Source of the DNA: Patescibacteria group bacterium
GTDB lineage: Bacteria; Patescibacteriota; Patescibacteriia; Patescibacteriales; UBA12465
Length of the DNA stretch: 64,000 nucleotides
Direction: 5' to 3'
Assembly: GCA_041656935.1 (NCBI GenBank)
Contig: JBBACQ010000003.1
Location: forward strand, 27,358 to 91,357
Made by a program: the position numbers and the translations under genes. The notes below the pieces were generated by a model. It searched no databases and was not told the origin of the DNA. It saw nothing but the letters and a program-made list of their open reading frames with translations. Below are positions 56,994 to 64,000 of this stretch, in pieces. Each line of letters starts with the position of its first letter. Within the stretch, counting starts at the first letter, position 1.

Positions 56994-57983
56994 CTACATT
57001 ACGGAAACATTTTTGTCCAGCACAAAACCGGCACGGCACTCTGGTTTTTCATTCCACATTTTAATCACATTCTTAACAAGATTACGGAGTTGAGGCAAAG
57101 TACCATTCATTCCTAAGACATACATCATTTTAGCTTCGGGGCGAAGTTGAAAGCTAATCCAACTCACAGCATCTTCAAGCATAACTCGATCATATCCGCA
57201 CATTTCAGCACAAAGAACTTTAACCGAACCAAATTGTCCAGATGCACCACGGCTATTACCTTGATCCAGAATATCTTTCATGCCGTTAAAATATACATCT
57301 TCCTGGAATAGCCGGCCAAGCTCGTCTAACCGACCACCAATAATCATGATATCACGATTATTGTCAAAGGACGCTTGCATAAATGTTTTACTCTCCAAGC
57401 AAAGGTTCTCTTGAATACAAGATTTATTGCTAAGTTCCTTGAATCCACAATCTGGTTTGAGATAAATAATAATGTGCACTAAACGATCACATAGTTCTCC
57501 AAATCTTTCAAACATGTTGTCGTTTTTGGTGTCTTTGTGCCACGCTTCAACTGTAGCCCAGACTAAATACTCGACTTCATCCCAAATAGGATTGGAATAA
57601 ATAGTTTTATCTCTAGTTTTCCAGAGTACTGCATTGCCATAAATATCACCGCCAATCGCATTTCTCTCATGGTGATTCCGTGGCCAATCTACACGATTAA
57701 TAATTTTGCCTTTCCCATCAATGGCAAAAAGGTATTCGCCCTGTCGCATAACTTGATCTTTGCGATTCCCTTTCATCTGAAAAATACAGGAACCATCTCC
57801 AAGCCCAGAATTTTTAGCCTGGCGATACATTAAATCTCCATCAGCTTTTTCAACACGAATAGTTAAATCATCAACATTTACGCCACCATTACCGTCAAGT
57901 GGTTCCATTTGAGATGATAACACATCAGACACAAAAGGATACTGCTTCAGTAATCCTTGATTCTTAGATGAATTTGCTTTCAT
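56994..57983 (-). CDS. Hypothetical 329-aa protein (orphan; atypically G+C-rich)
   Basis: Long ORF, terminator GAGGGTT/AACCCTC at 56947-56970. No motif recognised. Sits between two tRNA-Ala 3'-end copies. Confidence 0.6.
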   Translation of the reverse strand: MKANSSKNQGLLKQYPFVSDVLSSQMEPLDGNGGVNVDDLTIRVEKADGDLMYRQAKNSGLGDGSCIFQMKGNRKDQVMRQGEYLFAIDGKGKIINRVDWPRNHHERNAIGGDIYGNAVLWKTRDKTIYSNPIWDEVEYLVWATVEAWHKDTKNDNMFERFGELCDRLVHIIIYLKPDCGFKELSNKSCIQENLCLESKTFMQASFDNNRDIMIIGGRLDELGRLFQEDVYFNGMKDILDQGNSRGASGQFGSVKVLCAEMCGYDRVMLEDAVSWISFQLRPEAKMMYVLGMNGTLPQLRNLVKNVIKMWNEKPECRAGFVLDKNVSVM

Positions 57984-58229
57984 TTTTTATTTTTCCTATG
58001 TTCTATAGTTTTTAAAGAACCAGCGTTCCGCTAGCCCGCAAGCACCTTACTTACGTTAAAAACGTTATCATGCTTCGATCTTTATGTCAAGATTTGTGGC
58101 ATTGTAGCAAAATGCTTAAACATTTGGGTGCTATTAGAAAAATTGACATAAGTTTAAATAAGGTCTAAAATACAGACGGGAAAACCCCGTGACGGCGTGC
58201 CAAAGGCTAAGCAGTTTTACGAGGAAATA

Positions 58230-58242
58230 CCTTAAGGTCCAC
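58230..58242 (+). repeat. 13-nt direct copy of the tRNA-Ala 3' terminus (distal att-like remnant)
   Basis: CCTTAAGGTCCAC is identical to 55115-55127. Followed by hairpin AAATTGC-GTTA-GCAATTT. Confidence 0.6.
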
Positions 58243-58308
58243 AAAACAAATTGCGTTAGCAATTTTTAAAAATTAAAAAGTTTTATAAGTTTTTTAAAAA
58301 GTAAAGTC

Positions 58309-58689
58309 ATGAGTAATTATTTTGAAGAAGCTGTAAGAAAAGGGCACTTTGGAGAAGCACAAAAGATAGCTGAACAGCTAGGTCTAATTATGGACTTTAA
58401 AACTCTTAAAATTATATTCTGTTCTTGCTTTGACCGAGGCTGGATAGATGAAGCCAGAGAGGTAGCTCTAAAAATGAAAGAGCCACATCGATCGGACTAT
58501 CTACAGAAAATAATTGAAGGAGATGAAGAGAAACAAAAAGGTTCTGACGATTGCATATTTGTTAAAAAATATCGCAAAGGCTATATAGAGCTTGATTTAT
58601 TAGACGAAGCTATAGAAACCTATAACCTGTTATCCGAAGAAAAGAAAGAAAACATGCTTATTTTTAGAAATAAATTAAGAGGCTGTTGA
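58309..58689 (+). CDS. Hypothetical helical protein
   Basis: 126-aa ORF. Upstream TTGACA (58143-58148)-17 nt-TAAAAT (58166-58171) promoter and a downstream terminator (58697-58722). Confidence 0.5.
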   Translation: MSNYFEEAVRKGHFGEAQKIAEQLGLIMDFKTLKIIFCSCFDRGWIDEAREVALKMKEPHRSDYLQKIIEGDEEKQKGSDDCIFVKKYRKGYIELDLLDEAIETYNLLSEEKKENMLIFRNKLRGC

Positions 58690-58778
58690 AAATCAAAAAG
58701 ATCTTAACCGGTCTTTTTTTATTTCCTAAAAACTAAAATTTTGCTATAATAACATTAATAAATTACTAATCACAAAAT

Positions 58779-59720
58779 ATGTTTATAAAAATAATTGCCT
58801 TAATTATTTTATTAATACTATTTTTTATTTTAAGTAAATCAGCCGATCTAATAGTTGTAAATGTTAGAAATATTGGAGAAAAATTAGGAATTAAAATATT
58901 TTTTCTAGGAATAATATTAGGCATCATGACTAGCCTCCCAGAAATAGCTATCGGTATAAATTCAACTATTAACAATATTGCTGAAATATCTTTTGGTAAT
59001 TTAATGGGAGGAATAATTGTCTTATTCGGCTTAATACTACCAATTAGTATTATACTAAATCGAAGGATCCACACTGAAAAACAGTCTTGGCCATTTTTAG
59101 CTGTTTTAATCTTCCTATTTTTACCTTTAATTTTAGCTTTTAAAGGTCAATTAAATTATATTGATGGACTCTTTTTGATTATTAGTTATATCTTTTTAAT
59201 TTACTACTTATACAGAAAGAACCGAGAACTTTCTAGAATAAAAATTGAAATAGTCAATCGAAAAAAAATATCAAAACATTTTTTCTTTATTATCGCTGGA
59301 ATGATTGGATTAATAATATCATCAGAATTAATTATTAAAACAACCATCTTTATATTAAAAGATTACCATATTTCAGCTTTTATAGTAGGACTATTATTTT
59401 ATTCTATCGGAACTAATTTGCCAGAATTAATAATCGCCATTAGATCTTTTAAAAGAAAAATTGGAGAATTGTCTTTTAGTAATTTAATCGGGTCATCTCT
59501 CGGCAACGTTTTGGTTTTAGGAATTTTAAGTTTTACAAAAACAATCAATCTCCAGATAGGCCCCTCTTATATTATTTTAATAATTTTTTCTCTACTATTT
59601 TTTAGTATTCTCTATATATTTTATAGGACTGAAAGACTATTAAGCCGAAAAGAAGGAATCGCTCTGCTAATTATGTATTTAATTTTTATTTCTAGCCAAA
59701 TATTTATTCAAATAAGATAA
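58779..59720 (+). CDS. Ca2+/cation antiporter (CaCA/YrbG-like sodium-calcium exchanger family)
   Basis: Two internally repeated halves with alpha-repeat motifs GNLMGGIIV and SNLIGSSLGNVLV. About 10 TM helices. Confidence 0.75.
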   Translation: MFIKIIALIILLILFFILSKSADLIVVNVRNIGEKLGIKIFFLGIILGIMTSLPEIAIGINSTINNIAEISFGNLMGGIIVLFGLILPISIILNRRIHTEKQSWPFLAVLIFLFLPLILAFKGQLNYIDGLFLIISYIFLIYYLYRKNRELSRIKIEIVNRKKISKHFFFIIAGMIGLIISSELIIKTTIFILKDYHISAFIVGLLFYSIGTNLPELIIAIRSFKRKIGELSFSNLIGSSLGNVLVLGILSFTKTINLQIGPSYIILIIFSLLFFSILYIFYRTERLLSRKEGIALLIMYLIFISSQIFIQIR

Positions 59721-59776
59721 ACCAACAAAAAAAGAGCTTTAATTTTAGAGCTCTTTTTTATTTATAAATTTTTCTT

Positions 59777-60502
59777 TTATTGAATTCTTTGTCCGGGATT
59801 TTCACAACTTCCTTTCAAGCATTCATCTATTTTAGTTTCCATCTCAGCTCCAAGTGAATCAGCAAAACCAACCCAATATTTATCACCAATAAAGGTCATG
59901 GGGACGCCTTGAAAAGTAGTTCCATAAGCGGTGGCCATTTTCTCTAAAATTTGGCGGTTAGCATCATTATTCCAGACTTCATAAGCCTTAATTTCAGCAT
60001 TAGGAAATTTTTCCGCCCACTGACTCATAGCGGTTTTTTGACTAGCACAATAGCCACAACCGTCTCCCCAGAAGAAATAAATTGCTAATTCTTTATCTGT
60101 ATCAAAATCAGTTGATTCTTCTAAGGAAATCTCCTCTTGGGTGTCAGAAGAAGAATTTTCTTCTATAGTACTAGTGCTGGTCTCATCACCTCCTAAGGTT
60201 GCTTCTAATTCGGCTATATCATAAGCTTGAGGGAAAAACATTTTACCATCTTTACTAATATAAGAATCAACTAATTCTCCGCCACCTAAATCTATAGAAA
60301 ATTTGTATAGACCAGTTTGTGGATCACTCACAATAGAAGAAATTTCAATTGGAGCACTTGGGTCCATAAAATTATCATTAACAAACTGTTGGGCCTTCAC
60401 TTTAGCTTCTTCTAAACTTAATTCTTTTTCTTTTTTTAAGCTACAAGCTGATAAAAAAAATAGAGAAAAAATGGCTAACACTAAAAATGATTTTTTAAAC
60501 AT
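59777..60502 (-). CDS. Thioredoxin-fold lipoprotein (CGYC active site)
   Basis: Likely start MFKKSFLVLAIFSLFFLSAC (lipobox LSAC) at 60502. FFWGDGCGYCASQ thioredoxin-like motif. Confidence 0.7.
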   Translation of the reverse strand: MFKKSFLVLAIFSLFFLSACSLKKEKELSLEEAKVKAQQFVNDNFMDPSAPIEISSIVSDPQTGLYKFSIDLGGGELVDSYISKDGKMFFPQAYDIAELEATLGGDETSTSTIEENSSSDTQEEISLEESTDFDTDKELAIYFFWGDGCGYCASQKTAMSQWAEKFPNAEIKAYEVWNNDANRQILEKMATAYGTTFQGVPMTFIGDKYWVGFADSLGAEMETKIDECLKGSCENPGQRIQ

Positions 60503-60589
60503 AATTTTAAAAATTAATTTTATAAAAAGTTTTATAATTAATAAACTGCTCTGGAGTATAGCACAAAATAAATAAAATAACAATAAACC

Positions 60590-61996
60590 TTAAGCTGATT
60601 CCTGTTGACCGTGAATCTTCTTATTCTTTTTAATAGAAACTCTTATCGGGGTACCAAAAAAACCAAAATTTTCTCTAATTCTATTCTCTAAAAAACGAAG
60701 ATAGGATTTATGTAAGTCTTCTTGGGCTCCTATTTTAATCTCAAACTTAGGCGGATTAACCCAATACTGTTTTAAACTATAAACTCGAGGATGTTTAACA
60801 CCCTTGCCCTTAGATGGTTTATGTATTTTAACCATTTTATTTAAAAATCTATCTAAAGCCGTTTCATTTATCTTCATCTTTCTAGATTCATCTATTTTTA
60901 GAGCTACATCAAATATTTTTTTAGTTTTCTCTCCAGTCAAAGCCGAAATAAATAATATTGGCGCCCACAAAATAAATGGAAAATGAGAATTAATGTTTTT
61001 GGTCCATTTTTTTGTATCTCGATCTTTAACTAAATCCCACTTATTAGCTACAACAATAAAGCTCTTTCCTAAATCCACAATTTCTTCCACTAACTTAGCG
61101 TCTTGTCTGGTTATTTCTTCATTAATATCAATAATTAAAAGAACAATATCGGCCTTTCTTAGGGTCTGTTTAGATTTAATAATCCCATACTTTTCTAAAT
61201 TCTTTGTTTTTTGTCCTCGCTTACTAATACCAGCAGTATCAATTAAATTTATAATCTTATTTTTATAAATTATCTCGGTGTTCTGTGGCTCTCTAGTCGT
61301 ATGCGGAAGATCACTAACAATAACTCTCTCATATCCTAATAATGAATTTAATAATGAAGATTTGCCAACATTAGGTTTACCAAGAATACAGATATTTATT
61401 TTATCTAATGAATCTTCCGGAGTATTTTTAGGGGCTTTAATTTTATTTTTTTTAAAAAAGTTAATCGCTTCATCTAATAAATCACCAGTTCCCGATCCAG
61501 TTCCAGCTGAAATTAATAATGGTTCTCCCAAAGCTAATTTATTAAACTCACTAGAGTCACCTCTCTGTTTAAAACTATCAACTTTATTTACAATTAAAAG
61601 AGTCTTTTTTTGATAGTCTCTTTTTTTTATAAAATTAACGATATTTCTATCTTCGGTTAACAAACCAGCCTTATTATCAACAACAAAAAAAAGCAAATCA
61701 GCTTTATTTATAAAATCATAAACTTGTTTTTGAGTTTTTTCTTCTACTCTCTCAAGCCCCGCCGATGCCTGATTTATTTTTCTTTTTAAATCATAAGTAT
61801 CAATAACTCCGGCGGTGTCGATTAATTGAAAATCAACTCCTCGCCAATTCAAAGTATTCATATTAAAATCTCGAGTAGTATTTTCAATTGGAGAAACAAT
61901 AGCTTGATTTTTTTCCAATAAACGATTAAAAAGAGTTGATTTCCCAACATTAGTTCGGCCAATTATCACTACTAACGGCAATCCTGTTTTTGTCAT
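60590..61996 (-). CDS. der: Ribosome-associated GTPase Der/EngA
   Basis: Two tandem G domains (GRTNVGKSTLFN; GKPNVGKSSLLN) plus a KH-like C-terminus. Confidence 0.92.
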   Translation of the reverse strand: MTKTGLPLVVIIGRTNVGKSTLFNRLLEKNQAIVSPIENTTRDFNMNTLNWRGVDFQLIDTAGVIDTYDLKRKINQASAGLERVEEKTQKQVYDFINKADLLFFVVDNKAGLLTEDRNIVNFIKKRDYQKKTLLIVNKVDSFKQRGDSSEFNKLALGEPLLISAGTGSGTGDLLDEAINFFKKNKIKAPKNTPEDSLDKINICILGKPNVGKSSLLNSLLGYERVIVSDLPHTTREPQNTEIIYKNKIINLIDTAGISKRGQKTKNLEKYGIIKSKQTLRKADIVLLIIDINEEITRQDAKLVEEIVDLGKSFIVVANKWDLVKDRDTKKWTKNINSHFPFILWAPILFISALTGEKTKKIFDVALKIDESRKMKINETALDRFLNKMVKIHKPSKGKGVKHPRVYSLKQYWVNPPKFEIKIGAQEDLHKSYLRFLENRIRENFGFFGTPIRVSIKKNKKIHGQQESA

Positions 61997-62005
61997 ATTT
62001 GATTT

Positions 62006-63457
62006 TTAAAAATTAATCTTACTAGCACTTTCTCCTAGAATAATTAAAAAATCTGGGACAGCACTCTCTTGTGACCCAACACTATTTTTAATCTCTTCCG
62101 CTAACCATGAAGGAACGTTGAAGGAAACCTCAGCTTGCAAAAAATCTTTTAAATATTTTAAGGCTTCTTTTTTTTGACCATAAGTTAAATCATAAATAAT
62201 AGAATCCTTAAAATCTCTTTGACTAGAATTACTAATTTTTAAAACTTCGAAGTTTTCCTTCTCTAAATATATCGCTGTTTTATTACCTAAACCATTAATC
62301 CAAGTACCATTTTTTATTTCAATTTTAGCCTCTTGTTCATTTTCTAATTCTTCTACTTTTGTCTTTAGAGTACTAGGGAAGAAACTATTAACTAAATATT
62401 TAATCTCAGTAAAGTCTCCACCTTTAGGATATAAAACATAAGCCCCCGCTTCAGTCCGACCAGCTACTAACAGTCCATTAGGAGCATCGTCTAAAACATA
62501 ATTATAAATATCATCATTCCCAATGTTTTTAAACATTTGCCAAAGCTTTATTGCTTCCCAAATCTTTAAATTAAAAGAGACGTGTTCATTCAACTCGGAA
62601 ACAATTGATGACAGCATGGCGGGTTTTAGTAAATTTTCACTCACTAATAGTTTGTCTTTAACGGCCTGAATAAGTTTTTGTTGTCTTCGAGCCCGAGCAA
62701 AGTCAGATCCCTCAATTCCGCCAGCATGTCTAGATCGAACATATTTTAAAGCTAAATCTCCATCCATTTTTTGCCAACCCTCTTCAATATAAAGATGTTC
62801 AAACCGAGCAAAATAATCTTCGTAATCTTCTCGACCAGAAATAGGATAGCTATAATCAGATAAAGTATTCTCAACATAAATATCAAGTCCGTCTAGATGA
62901 TCAATAATATTAGAGAATCCCTCAAAATCAATTCTAAAATAGTAATGAATGGGCATATCTAGAACATCACTTAAAGCTTGCGAAATGGCCTCTCCACCAC
63001 TATCCCTTTTTTTTCTTTCCGCCAAAGCGTTAACAGCATTTATTTTTTGCCAACCCAGACCTTCAACCGCAATCATCATGTCTCTAGGAATTGATAATAG
63101 GGCTACCTTTTTAGTAGACGGTTGAAAACTAGCTAAAATTATAGTATCAGTTAAATAGCCCCCTTCATGTTTTTTACCTCCCATTCCTAAAAGTAATATA
63201 TTTATTCTATCTTGTTTTTCTCCTTGTAATTTTTTATCGGCGCTCTCCACTAAACCAACTAATTTATTTAAAACCGGAACCTTACCGGCCCAAGATTCTG
63301 AAGCATCATCCGAAATAAGAACCGTGGCGGTAAAAACAATAAAAAAGGCAATAATAAAACCAAGGATTTTTACTCCTGTCTTTTTTTTCAAACCCTGATC
63401 ATATTTCGGGGAAGATTTTCTAAACTCTTCCTCCATTTTTTCTTTAAAATCTATCAT
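62006..63457 (-). CDS. LytR-CpsA-Psr (LCP) family cell-envelope polymer ligase
   Basis: TM anchor, then INILLLGMGGKKHEGGYLTDTIILASF...LSIPRD LCP core. Confidence 0.8.
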   Translation of the reverse strand: MIDFKEKMEEEFRKSSPKYDQGLKKKTGVKILGFIIAFFIVFTATVLISDDASESWAGKVPVLNKLVGLVESADKKLQGEKQDRINILLLGMGGKKHEGGYLTDTIILASFQPSTKKVALLSIPRDMMIAVEGLGWQKINAVNALAERKKRDSGGEAISQALSDVLDMPIHYYFRIDFEGFSNIIDHLDGLDIYVENTLSDYSYPISGREDYEDYFARFEHLYIEEGWQKMDGDLALKYVRSRHAGGIEGSDFARARRQQKLIQAVKDKLLVSENLLKPAMLSSIVSELNEHVSFNLKIWEAIKLWQMFKNIGNDDIYNYVLDDAPNGLLVAGRTEAGAYVLYPKGGDFTEIKYLVNSFFPSTLKTKVEELENEQEAKIEIKNGTWINGLGNKTAIYLEKENFEVLKISNSSQRDFKDSIIYDLTYGQKKEALKYLKDFLQAEVSFNVPSWLAEEIKNSVGSQESAVPDFLIILGESASKINF

Positions 63458-63554
63458 ATTTAAACAATAAAAACTCCAATTAAATTGGCTTAATCTTATT
63501 ATAATTTAAATTTTGCCTTTTGGCAAATTGGTTTAATTGTGCTATAATGAAATT

Positions 63555-63770
63555 GAGGAAGCCTTGCTTTTTATCAAGTTTTGGAACGTTAATTTTATGC
63601 TTTTACCTGTTTATGGCTGAGGCTGTAAATATCAAAAGCTGAGGCAAATTCGTTTGAAAATTTATAAAATGGAATTTCTGTTTTAATAGTTTTTAGTCGA
63701 CTCTATGTAGATAGAGACTCGTTGTAGGAGTTTGCCAAAATCTTGATAAATTTAAGCAAGGTTTTCTTTT
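63555..63770 (+). ncRNA. Candidate small RNA with a long closing helix (6S-like architecture; class uncertain)
   Basis: TTGGCA (63520-63525)-17 nt-TGcTATAAT (63540-63548) promoter. The 5' GCCTTGCTTTTTATCAAGTTTTGG pairs with the 3' CCAAAATCTTGATAAATTTAAGCAAGG, followed by TTTTCTTTT. The interior carries GCUGAGGC twice and several GGA motifs. No ORF. Confidence 0.3.
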
Positions 63771-64000
63771 ACAAATTAAAAGCTAAAGATAAAAAAGCAA
63801 CTACGGCCGTTTCACTTCTTAAAATATTACCATTAAGGCAAACTACTCTGGCCTTATTTTTTTTAGCCATTTCTAATTCTTCTTTTGTCCAGCCACCTTC
63901 AGGCCCAATAAAAATATTTATTTTTTCTCCTAACTGACAAAGTTTAAATTCGGTTTTAAAATCAACTCCCGAAGAATCACCTAAAAAAGAAAGACCATCT
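63769..64000 (-). CDS. rsmE: 16S rRNA (uracil1498-N3)-methyltransferase RsmE, C-terminal part (5' end outside window)
   Basis: My own translation: ...KINIFIGPEGGWTKEELEMAKKNKARVVCLNGNILRSETAVVAFLSLAFNL*. The IGPEGG...ILR.ETA signature is present. Not in the ORF track, and antisense to track ORF 63743-63937. Confidence 0.75.
   Translation of the reverse strand, partial: DGLSFLGDSSGVDFKTEFKLCQLGEKINIFIGPEGGWTKEELEMAKKNKARVVCLNGNILRSETAVVAFLSLAFNL

Noticed and set aside
55053-58242. Interpretation of the tRNA-Ala-like repeats as a (two-piece) tmRNA
   Set aside because: There is no 5' acceptor-strand partner and no tag-peptide reading frame. The same module architecture also occurs with tRNA-Gln sequence, which tmRNA would not explain.
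5845-63937. Other short antisense or shadow ORFs in the track: 5845-6105, 7700-7978, 11106-11381, 14168-14431, 16943-17296, 17871-18059, 19531-19761, 30231-30416, 31857-32096, 35088-35384, 35971-36183, 39847-40416, 41382-41654, 42621-42803, 43667-43849, 48111-48296, 49115-49300, 51391-51576, 53628-53930, 54144-54329, 56278-56475, 56902-57093, 58766-59074, 60303-60575, 60804-61613 (three ORFs), 63743-63937
   Set aside because: Each lies within a longer ORF, either antisense to it or in another frame on the same strand (17871-18059, 43667-43849), and that longer ORF has clear family motifs or a better coding appearance. All have the Ile/Leu/Phe/Lys-rich composition typical of non-coding frames in AT-rich DNA.
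1-64000. CRISPR arrays, rRNA genes, transposases/integrases, and alternative genetic code (UGA recoding)
   Set aside because: No regularly spaced direct repeats were seen, no rRNA-like conserved stretches, and no recombinase motifs in any ORF. Long housekeeping ORFs are intact under the standard code, so recoding is not needed.

Overview
AT-rich, gene-dense bacterial window, with most genes between about 14.6 and 53.3 kb on the minus strand. The gene content points to a small-genome fermentative bacterium of the CPR/Patescibacteria type; this is an inference, not a database result. It includes a four-subunit pyruvate:ferredoxin oxidoreductase, ADP-forming acetyl-CoA synthetase, class III RNR with NrdG and NrdR, a minimal ThrRS, an archaeal-type ProRS, T4SS-pilin-like proteins and a giant Cys-rich surface protein. 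Housekeeping calls are rsmA, xth, recJ, lepA, murJ, proS, ftsEX, gpmA, der, yebC, an LCP ligase and a partial rsmE, plus tRNA-Gln(UUG) and tRNA-Ala(UGC). No rRNA, CRISPR array, transposase or integrase was recognised. Main observations, in order of interest: (1) a conserved G+C-rich structured module of about 135 nt lies just downstream of both tRNA genes, and each copy is fused to a 19-nt copy of the cognate tRNA 3' end; (2) four direct copies of the tRNA-Ala 3' end delimit small integrase-less islets, one of which carries phased ATTGA iterons; (3) nrdD is split, with its glycyl-radical motif on a separate 51-aa ORF; (4) the por operon is broken by an apparent inversion bracketed by inverted copies of a long palindromic repeat, and is interleaved with Cys-rich pilin-like genes; (5) an 809-aa protein is built from roughly 30-aa helical repeats and shares a duplicated promoter-leader cassette with a purN-like gene; (6) two genes are frameshifted at G-runs; (7) there are two candidate stand-alone structured RNAs.
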